From Candidatus Saccharimonadota bacterium (GTDB lineage: Bacteria; Patescibacteriota; Gracilibacteria; UBA4473): a DNA stretch of 32,000 bases. The notes beneath the pieces were generated by a model. The model was not told where the DNA came from, ran no database searches, and saw only the letters and a program-made list of their open reading frames with translations. Below are positions 8,997 through 16,098 of this stretch, piece after piece. Position numbers and translations under genes: made by a program. The stretch spans positions 30,001-62,000 of the forward strand of contig JAUIFI010000001.1 in assembly GCA_030429505.1 (NCBI GenBank), in the 5' to 3' direction. How positions within the stretch are numbered: the stretch's first letter is position 1; every line of letters starts with the position of its first letter.

Positions 8997-9023
8997 TTTA
9001 TATTTTTTTAACACGCTTTAAAA

Positions 9024-12000
9024 ATGGACTTATTTTTCCGCTTAAAGAAAAGCGTAGCATCACTAGCTCTCGTGGCTATGGCTGCATTTCTGGCTCCGCC
9101 AGTGGCTGTCACCGAGGCACGACTCGATTTTAGTGATACTACAGAAATTCCTTCTTGGGCAACTGAAGCGATTGAAGAACTTATGGGCCAAGGTGTCATC
9201 CAAGGAAACGATGACGGGTCTTTTGCTCCCAACAGACAGTTGAATCGAGCTGAAGTATCCAAAATCATCGTTCTCTCTTCTGGAGTCGACCTTGATACCA
9301 CTGGAGGTTCTCCTTTCCCTGATGTCTCAGAAGGAGACTGGTTTTATGACTATGTCATAACCATGTACAATTATGGCTGGATTAACGGATATCCTGACGG
9401 ACTCTTCCGACCAGGAGTTGGTATTAATCGAGCTGAAATCGCTAAGATGGTTGTTAACGCATTCGAACTTGAACAAGATCTTTCAGGGGCGCCTCATTTC
9501 GATGATACCGCTGAATCAGATTGGTTCTACGGATACGTTGAAACCGCTTACAATAATGGACTCATGCGAGGATACGGTGACGGGACCTTTGGTCCAGCTA
9601 ATGCCGTTACTCGTGCTGAAACCGTTAAAATCGTTTACGATGCTCAACTTGTAGTAACTATTCCAAGTGGACCAGCAGAAGGAACCTTGGAAGTTCGTCT
9701 TTCTGACGCTACAGCTCGAGCAACAACTATTCCATTCAACGCTGTATCTGTTCCATATACAACTCTTGAGTTGACGGCTTCAGACGACAGTGATGTAGAA
9801 GTTTCATCACTTACAATTACCCGTTTGGGATTAGGAGATAATGATGATTTCGATAATGTATGGATTGAAGTTGACGGATTTAAAATCGGAAACGACAAAT
9901 CTGTGAATAATGATGATATTAGTGAACTTCGGTTTAATCCTCCTATGTTCATAGCTGCAGGACAAACTATTCAAGTTGACTTCGTAGCATCTTCAAAATA
10001 CACAGCGACTGATAAAAATACAGGACATCATAACCGTTTCGCCCTCGTTTCTGCTGATGATATCGTATCAACAGCTGAAAACATCGTAGGAGACTTTCCT
10101 ATCGAAGGAGAAGAAATGGAAGTAGCTGATTACCAAGTTTCACAAGTTCGATTTTCTTCTCTTGGTTCTGATGCCACTATCGATGTTGGAGATATTTTTG
10201 TAGAAATCGGAAAATTTCGACTAGAAAATGCTTCATTCGTAAACAAAGATATTGAATTTAGAGCTCTTACCTTCAAAAATGATGGAACTGCCGAACTCGA
10301 AGATACTTTGGAAAACGTAGCTCTCTACGTTTCTGGAGAACAAGTTTCTGCTGAAACCATTATTGATGGTGACTATATTACCTTCCGTCTTGATAACGGT
10401 GTGACCGGTGGTTACGTCGTTGAAGATGGTGACAGCCGAATCTTCTCTATCCGAGCTGATATTGTTTCAGCTGAAGAAGGAGACTCTCTCAACTTCAAAA
10501 TCGATAACTTCGAAGACATCGTTGCCGTAGAAATCGGAACTTCATTCGGAGTGAAAGGAATCGCCGGTGGTACCGGGTTCACATTCTCCAATGGTGCAAC
10601 TTCAGCTGGAACCTGTACAGCAGGTACTGATAGTGCTGAAGATAATTGTGCTCGTTTGAAAGCTTACACGCTTGATGCTGGAGACTTAAACGTATCTCGA
10701 GATCCTGCTTCTCTTGGAAATCAAGAATACGCTCCTGGATCAAATGATGTTGTCTTCATGACAGCTCGATTGATTGCTGGACAACCACTTCTCCTTGACG
10801 GAGTTCAAGTACAAGTTTCTGGTGGTGCTACTGGTTCTGACGTAAATGTCAATGCCGCTAACTCTGCTTGTGCCGTTATCGGTACAGCAGCTCAAAACAA
10901 AGCATGTTTTGATTCTGTTTTCGACAATTTCCGACTTTTCATCAATGACAAACTCATTGACAGTGAAAATTCATTTTCAGGAACTGCTGCTTCAGCTACT
11001 GATGCAGAAGGAATGTACCTCGATTTCAATACAACTTTTGAACTCGCTGGCACATCTATCTTGAAACTTGTTGGAAACATCTCTTCTGATGCTTCAGATA
11101 ATGATCAACTCAAATTTGATGTTGCCGCTACAAACTTCCTGTCTCCTGAATACATTTCTACTGGAGACCAAGTTCAATCTACAGAACTTCTTGGTACTGC
11201 GACATCTTCTTTCGCGAAAGTACTCAAATCACAGCTCACGATTACCAAAACCGACGGACTTTCCGACGGAAACAAACTCGTAGCTGGTTCTGATGACATT
11301 GTGTTCAATGAGTTTGTATTGGATAACAATGATTCTGGAGATGTAAATGTGACTTCTGTCACTGTGAAACCAGATGTAAGCGTTAATACAACCAATGCTG
11401 GTAAAGGGCGATCTGGAAGCGCGCGAACTGGAGGAAATTATACACTTGCTATCTTTGTAGATGGAACTCAACAAGGTTCAGCGAAAAACTTTGATGCTAC
11501 ATCAGTTACAGCCGCCTTTAATGACATAAATGTTGTCATTCCATCAGCAGGACAAAAAGAATTCACTGTTGTTACTGATACCATTGAATCTTCAGCAACT
11601 GCTATCGCTACAATACCACTGGCTGGTCAAAACGAAACAGCGCTTGGTAATTCAGCAAATGTAGTGGTCGGTTCTACTACCGGAATGACTGTAGGGGATT
11701 TAATTGTCTTCGATAACGCTGGTACTGATATTGTACGAGCTATTACAGCAGTTGTGAATGCAACAACTCTAACGCTTGATGCAGATATCGGAGCCAATAT
11801 TCCTGATGGATCGTCAGTAACTATTCGACATCAAATCAAATTCGACATTATCGCTGTTGACGCAGACAATGTCGAAAACGGATCAACAGTAACCGTCCTT
11901 GAAGGAGGCGTTGCTCTTAGTACAGCGAATCCTCTCGAAGGAACACTTTTCGTACTTGTTGGTTCTGGTACCCTCAAAGCTTCTCTCCAATCTACTGTCT

Positions 12001-13373
12001 TCGCAGACGTACTTGTAGAAGGAGAAAAAGGTGCCACTATCATGAAAGTTCAGTTCAATGCAGCTGATGATGAAGTCCATATTACCGATCTTTACTTCGA
12101 AAATGATATCGATAACGACGGTACCTTGGATAATTCTGCAACGAACAATACAAATGTTGAAGGACGAATCGACTTCGAACTTTTCAATGAAGCTGGACAA
12201 ATGATTCAAAGAAAACAAATGATTAGCGGAGTTCTTCATTTCCAACTCCAAAATCAAAAACGAATTCGAGTACCAAAAGATGGAGACACATTCGTAACCA
12301 TAAAGGGAGATGTTCGTTCCATCACTCGAGCTGATCAAACCGGGAAACGGTTGAGACTCTCGCTCGATGGTGATAACGCAGCAAATTTCCGTGGTGTTGA
12401 AGCTATTACAGCTGCAACTGGAGACGACATTGACCTTCCAACTGCTACTCCATGGTGGGAATCTGTGGTAAATCAAGTAACCAGTCAGGAATTTGTGTTG
12501 TACAAAACCAACTTGATCGTTGAACCAGCATCAACTCAACCAAGCTTTTCTGGTCCAAACGTCCAAGCACAAGAAATGTTCCGATTCACTGTTTCTGCTG
12601 ACGCAGCAGATCAAGCTGATGTTGAACGTTTGACTATGGATGTTACCATATCAGGTATGCGTGGAAACGGAAATGCTGCTGTTGAATCTGCAGACTTCTC
12701 TATCTTCCGAGTTGATAACGGTATAGCTCAAACTGGTAATACCATTACTGACAGTGTCGTTGCATACAACGTATCAACAACCACTGCTCGAGTAGTCGTG
12801 GATTTCACTAACGAAACAGTGTCTCATGCAACTCCAGTTACCTACGCACTCTTTGTCGGTGGTACAGAAGATGATGGATCCGCTCGAAGTGATGATGATG
12901 CGATCAGCGTCACATTCCTCCAAGATGAAGCGTACGATGCACCAACAACGCAAACACTCATGAAGCAAGGAACTACTCCAGCTGCTTCATCAGCAGACGG
13001 TACTACAACAACTATTATAGTACCTGATACTGAAGCACTTGCTGCTGGTATCATCGATGCTGACGACAACGCCGCTCAGACTTATACTGAGTCTATTGGA
13101 CGATACGCTATCGTAACTGATGCGGTTACAGCTGCCAATTCACGTCTGGTAAAAATTACCAACGCGGTCAGTGATGCCACTGACCTCACGGTAACCTTTA
13201 CACCAGCCGTAGGAGCTGCTACTGCCAATGTAGATAACGATACTATTGTTCTCTTTAGTGCAGTTGTCTGGTCTGATGAATCAGATCCTTCCCATTCAGC
13301 TTCTACATCTGACTGGTTGAACGGATTTGAAGTTGGAGTCAATACTTCATCTACTCAAGTCGGACCATACTAA
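9024..13373 (+). CDS. S-layer-type surface protein with signal peptide and three N-terminal SLH domains (1449 aa)
   Basis: Signal peptide is MDLFFRLKKSVASLALVAMAAFLAPPVAVTEA. Three SLH repeats are present: FSDT..WATEAIEELMGQGVIQGNDDGSFAPNRQLNRAE; FPDV..WFYDYV..GYPDGLFRPGVGINRAE; FDDT..WFYGYV..GYGDGTFGPANAVTRAE. The remaining ~1240 aa are T/S/A/V/D/N/G-rich with only two Cys pairs. Confidence 0.9.
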   Translation: MDLFFRLKKSVASLALVAMAAFLAPPVAVTEARLDFSDTTEIPSWATEAIEELMGQGVIQGNDDGSFAPNRQLNRAEVSKIIVLSSGVDLDTTGGSPFPDVSEGDWFYDYVITMYNYGWINGYPDGLFRPGVGINRAEIAKMVVNAFELEQDLSGAPHFDDTAESDWFYGYVETAYNNGLMRGYGDGTFGPANAVTRAETVKIVYDAQLVVTIPSGPAEGTLEVRLSDATARATTIPFNAVSVPYTTLELTASDDSDVEVSSLTITRLGLGDNDDFDNVWIEVDGFKIGNDKSVNNDDISELRFNPPMFIAAGQTIQVDFVASSKYTATDKNTGHHNRFALVSADDIVSTAENIVGDFPIEGEEMEVADYQVSQVRFSSLGSDATIDVGDIFVEIGKFRLENASFVNKDIEFRALTFKNDGTAELEDTLENVALYVSGEQVSAETIIDGDYITFRLDNGVTGGYVVEDGDSRIFSIRADIVSAEEGDSLNFKIDNFEDIVAVEIGTSFGVKGIAGGTGFTFSNGATSAGTCTAGTDSAEDNCARLKAYTLDAGDLNVSRDPASLGNQEYAPGSNDVVFMTARLIAGQPLLLDGVQVQVSGGATGSDVNVNAANSACAVIGTAAQNKACFDSVFDNFRLFINDKLIDSENSFSGTAASATDAEGMYLDFNTTFELAGTSILKLVGNISSDASDNDQLKFDVAATNFLSPEYISTGDQVQSTELLGTATSSFAKVLKSQLTITKTDGLSDGNKLVAGSDDIVFNEFVLDNNDSGDVNVTSVTVKPDVSVNTTNAGKGRSGSARTGGNYTLAIFVDGTQQGSAKNFDATSVTAAFNDINVVIPSAGQKEFTVVTDTIESSATAIATIPLAGQNETALGNSANVVVGSTTGMTVGDLIVFDNAGTDIVRAITAVVNATTLTLDADIGANIPDGSSVTIRHQIKFDIIAVDADNVENGSTVTVLEGGVALSTANPLEGTLFVLVGSGTLKASLQSTVFADVLVEGEKGATIMKVQFNAADDEVHITDLYFENDIDNDGTLDNSATNNTNVEGRIDFELFNEAGQMIQRKQMISGVLHFQLQNQKRIRVPKDGDTFVTIKGDVRSITRADQTGKRLRLSLDGDNAANFRGVEAITAATGDDIDLPTATPWWESVVNQVTSQEFVLYKTNLIVEPASTQPSFSGPNVQAQEMFRFTVSADAADQADVERLTMDVTISGMRGNGNAAVESADFSIFRVDNGIAQTGNTITDSVVAYNVSTTTARVVVDFTNETVSHATPVTYALFVGGTEDDGSARSDDDAISVTFLQDEAYDAPTTQTLMKQGTTPAASSADGTTTTIIVPDTEALAAGIIDADDNAAQTYTESIGRYAIVTDAVTAANSRLVKITNAVSDATDLTVTFTPAVGAATANVDNDTIVLFSAVVWSDESDPSHSASTSDWLNGFEVGVNTSSTQVGPY

Positions 13374-13401
13374 GATTCTTCTTTCAAAAATGAGAATCGC
13401 C

Positions 13402-13431
13402 ATCTGAAATTTCTCTCTGAGAGATTCAGAT
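13402..13431 (+). repeat. hairpin resembling a degenerate copy of the GIY-YIG-associated repeat
   Basis: gcCATCTGAA...TTCAGATaac. ATCTGAA (13402-13408) pairs with TTCAGAT (13425-13431), plus an inner 4-bp stem. Compare GTCATCCTGAA...TTCAGGATGAC. Confidence 0.3.
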
Positions 13432-13441
13432 AACCTCAAAA

Positions 13442-13473
13442 GCCCTACCGGGTTCGCCCGGTGGGGCTTTTTG
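13442..13473 (+). terminator. rho-independent terminator of the S-layer gene
   Basis: GCCCTACCGGG-TTCG-CCCGGTGGGGC (11-bp stem, one G.U pair) followed by TTTTT. Confidence 0.8.
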
Positions 13474-13574
13474 TAAATGCAACTGATACAAAGTGAAAAA
13501 AGAGAAGGGGGCTATTGAAGAAAGAGAATCTTGCCAAAAAATTTTTTTCTGGCAGACTATACAGCACGTCCCAA

Positions 13575-15548
13575 ATGACAGAAAAGAAATTTCAACTGCA
13601 ATCAGATTTTTCCCCTACAGGCGACCAGCCACAAGCAATTGATAATCTCACCAAAGGCTTGGAAAACGGACTTCGGCATCAACTCCTTTTAGGAGCCACC
13701 GGAACGGGAAAAACTTTCTCCATGGCCAATATCATACAGCGTACCCAACGACCAACCTTGGTACTCGCGCATAATAAAACTTTGGCTGCGCAATTGTGTG
13801 CTGAGTTTCAGCAGTTTTTTCCAAATAACGCAGTCTGCTACTTTGTCAGCTACTACGACTACTACCAGCCCGAAGCTTATATGCCCAAGACAGATACCTT
13901 TATCGAAAAAGAATCCACCATCAACGAAGAAATCGAAAAATTCCGTCATGCTTCCACCATTAACCTTCTGACCCGACGAGACGTCATCATCGTCTCATCC
14001 GTGTCCTGTATCTACGGTCTAGGAGATGTCGAGACCTACGAAAGTCTGGGATTTGTCATCGAACAAGGCAAAGACTATCCTCGTACAGACCTCCTTCGAA
14101 AACTCGTCAGCATCCAATACGATCGCGTGAAAACCGACTGCGTCCGAGGAACCTTTGAAGTATTGGGAGACGTGATAACTGTCTTCCCTCCCAATAGCGA
14201 CACCGGCTACCAAATGGAATTTTGGGGAGATACATTAGAAAAAATATCCGAAGTCGATAGTTTTACCGGAGAAGTGATTACTGAACTCGATTCAGCCATG
14301 ATTTTTCCCGCCAAACATCAAGTTACCACTCCAGAACGCATCGAAGCTGCTGCTGTACAAATTGAAAAAGATCTCGAAATCCGCTTGGCAGAGCTTCGAA
14401 AAATGGGAAAAAATCTCGAAGCTCATCGACTCGGACAACGTACTCGTTATGATCTCGAAATGCTTCGGGAAATGGGGTACGTCAATGGGATTGAAAACTA
14501 CACACGATATCTTTCCGGCAAGAAAGAAGGGGAGCCCCCTTCTACTTTGCTCGACTACTTTCCGGATGATTTCCTCTGCTTCGTTGATGAATCACATATC
14601 TCCATTCCGCAAGTCGGGGGAATGTTCAATGGAAACCTTTCGCGCAAAACCACACTCGTCGAGCACGGCTTCCGCCTCCCTAGTGCCTTTGACAATAGAC
14701 CTCTCAAGTTTGAAGAATTTGAAGATCGCATCCATCAGGCGGTCTATGTTTCAGCCACACCAGGAAAATACGAATACAAACATTGTGGAAAAGAACACAC
14801 CTGGGAGCAAATTATCCGTCCCACCGGATTGCTCGATCCCCCTATCGAAATCAAAGGAACAAAACACCAGATCGATGTACTGCTCAATGAAGTTCAGGAA
14901 ACGACCAAGCAAGGTCATCGAGTTCTGATCACCACCGTTACCAAGAAATCTGCAGAAGATTTGTCAGAATATCTAATTGAGTCTGGCGTCAAAGCTAAAT
15001 ATCTGCACTCGGAAATTGATACCTTGGAACGAATTGAGATTCTCACTCAACTCCGTAGTGGCAAAATCGACGTCATTGTCGGGATTAACTTACTCCGAGA
15101 AGGACTCGATCTGCCCGAAGTATCACTTATTTGCATCCTAGATGCCGATAAGCAAGGTTTTCTTCGTTCTCGCGATTCACTCCTCCAAGTCATCGGACGA
15201 GCCGCTCGAAACGCCGAAGGCCGTGTCATCATGTTTGCTGATCGTGAAACCGAGGCTATGAAACAAGCCATTGACGAAACTAACCGTCGTCGAGAGATTC
15301 AAGCCGCTTATAACAAAAAGCACGGCATCACCCCCAAGACCATTATCAAAAAAATCGTCGATATCTCCAAAGACCTCACCTCTGGACAGACCCGAAACTT
15401 CGATAAACTCACTAAACGTGAAGGTATAGAAAAAATGATCAGAGAACTCGAAAATGAAATGGATCTCGCTACCAAAAACCTCGACTTCGAACGCGCCGCT
15501 ATCCTGCGCGATGAGATTTATGAACTAGAGAAGAAGTTGAGGAAATAA
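13575..15548 (+). CDS. uvrB: excinuclease ABC subunit B (UvrB)
   Basis: GATGTGKTF Walker A, DESH box ([11 protein letters not shown]), conserved [14 protein letters not shown], and a C-terminal UVR motif ([18 protein letters not shown]). ATG 13575 matches canonical UvrB N-termini. The alternative TTG 13515 follows a GGGGG and adds 20 aa. Confidence 0.95.
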   Translation: MTEKKFQLQSDFSPTGDQPQAIDNLTKGLENGLRHQLLLGATGTGKTFSMANIIQRTQRPTLVLAHNKTLAAQLCAEFQQFFPNNAVCYFVSYYDYYQPEAYMPKTDTFIEKESTINEEIEKFRHASTINLLTRRDVIIVSSVSCIYGLGDVETYESLGFVIEQGKDYPRTDLLRKLVSIQYDRVKTDCVRGTFEVLGDVITVFPPNSDTGYQMEFWGDTLEKISEVDSFTGEVITELDSAMIFPAKHQVTTPERIEAAAVQIEKDLEIRLAELRKMGKNLEAHRLGQRTRYDLEMLREMGYVNGIENYTRYLSGKKEGEPPSTLLDYFPDDFLCFVDESHISIPQVGGMFNGNLSRKTTLVEHGFRLPSAFDNRPLKFEEFEDRIHQAVYVSATPGKYEYKHCGKEHTWEQIIRPTGLLDPPIEIKGTKHQIDVLLNEVQETTKQGHRVLITTVTKKSAEDLSEYLIESGVKAKYLHSEIDTLERIEILTQLRSGKIDVIVGINLLREGLDLPEVSLICILDADKQGFLRSRDSLLQVIGRAARNAEGRVIMFADRETEAMKQAIDETNRRREIQAAYNKKHGITPKTIIKKIVDISKDLTSGQTRNFDKLTKREGIEKMIRELENEMDLATKNLDFERAAILRDEIYELEKKLRK

Positions 15549-15563
15549 AAATACCTCTCCTTT

Positions 15564-15588
15564 GTCATGCTGAACTCGTTTCAGCATC
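15564..15588 (+). repeat. hairpin repeat copy H1 (forward orientation)
   Basis: GTCATGCTGAA-CTCGT-TTCAGCATC. The 8-bp stem is ATGCTGAA/TTCAGCAT. Confidence 0.85.
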
Positions 15589-15618
15589 TCCTACTACAAA
15601 AATAAGTAAGAAAAAAGA

Positions 15619-15643
15619 GATCCTGAATCAAGTTCAGGATGAC
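15619..15643 (-). repeat. hairpin repeat copy H2 (reverse orientation)
   Basis: Plus strand reads GATCCTGAA-TCAAG-TTCAGGATGAC, the reverse complement of GTCATCCTGAA-CTTGA-TTCAGGATC. Confidence 0.85.
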
Positions 15644-15661
15644 AGTATAGTGTGATTACTT

Positions 15662-15958
15662 TTACAAAAAATCCTGACTCAAGTCTTTCCACCCGGGATT
15701 TTCTTGTTGAATTAAATTTCTTTTCCATGCTCTATGCCATCGCTTCAGTTGCTTTTCTCGTTCCAGAGCAACATGAATATAACTCGTTTCTTCATAATAA
15801 ACGAGTTTGGTACAATTATACTTTTTTGTAAAACCTTCCACGAGCTTTTGTTTGTGTTCATACATCCTCCTGACTAAATCATTGGTCACACCGATATAAA
15901 GAACCGTATGCATTGTATTCGTAAGAATATAGACAAAGTAATGATGGCTTTGTGGCAT
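15662..15958 (-). CDS. small GIY-YIG nuclease family protein (YhbQ/UPF0213, COG2827 type), 98 aa
   Basis: YFVYILTN...VLYIGVTNDLVRRMYEHK...GFTKKYNCTKLVYYE...REKQLKRWHRAWKRNLI..NPGWKDL. This matches the GIY..YIG, R, E and N core of the URI/GIY-YIG fold in its short stand-alone form. Confidence 0.9.
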   Translation of the reverse strand: MPQSHHYFVYILTNTMHTVLYIGVTNDLVRRMYEHKQKLVEGFTKKYNCTKLVYYEETSYIHVALEREKQLKRWHRAWKRNLIQQENPGWKDLSQDFL

Positions 15959-15970
15959 ATGTTTTAATGA

Positions 15971-15995
15971 GATTCTGAAATGAATTCAGAATGAC
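15971..15995 (-). repeat. hairpin repeat copy H3 (reverse orientation)
   Basis: Plus strand reads GATTCTGAA-ATGAA-TTCAGAATGAC, the reverse complement of GTCATTCTGAA-TTCAT-TTCAGAATC. Confidence 0.85.
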
Positions 15996-16015
15996 ATGGC
16001 ACAATAAGGTTGTAT

Positions 16016-16040
16016 GTCATCCTGAACTTGTTTCAGGATC
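16016..16040 (+). repeat. hairpin repeat copy H4 (forward orientation)
   Basis: GTCATCCTGAA-CTTGT-TTCAGGATC. Confidence 0.85.
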
Positions 16041-16098
16041 CCTATGGGAGAATGTAGAGTAAAATGTGCAATGCCACAAGAATCAGTATGCTGTGTTT

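Larger units (their letters stand above)
15564..16040 (-). mobile_element. candidate nuclease-plus-repeat cassette (GIY-YIG gene flanked by two inverted hairpin-repeat pairs); mobility not shown
   Basis: A 477-bp block fills the gap between the uvrB stop (15548) and the aspS stop (16099). The order is H1(+) H2(-) gene(-) H3(-) H4(+). No target-site duplication could be identified. Confidence 0.3.

Noticed and set aside
11883-12476. 197-aa minus-strand ORF, plus several other 60-100-aa ORFs on either strand between 9008 and 13342
   Set aside because: They lie entirely within the S-layer gene, antisense or in alternative frames. They have Cys/Ser/Ile-rich junk-like composition and no start context. 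They are by-products of the long biased ORF that contains them.
13474-13574. SOS/LexA-type operator shared by the uvrA and uvrB upstream regions. Also the AT-rich hairpin TGCCAAAAAA...TTTTTTTCTGGCA upstream of uvrB.
   Set aside because: I saw no common palindrome between the two upstream regions, and no CTGT-N8-ACAG or GAAC-N4-GTTC motif. The A/T hairpin is low-complexity and would lie inside the coding sequence if the TTG start is used.
14362-14928. 188-aa plus-strand ORF overlapping uvrB in another frame
   Set aside because: UvrB motifs run continuously through this region in the annotated frame, and the overlapping frame has no recognisable features.
15549-16098. The four hairpins as ordinary bidirectional terminators for the uvrB and aspS genes whose 3' ends face this gap
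   Set aside because: None is followed by a T-run on either strand. They occur as four near-identical oriented copies with conserved asymmetric flanks, which terminators do not need. A terminator side-function cannot be excluded, but it does not explain the pattern.
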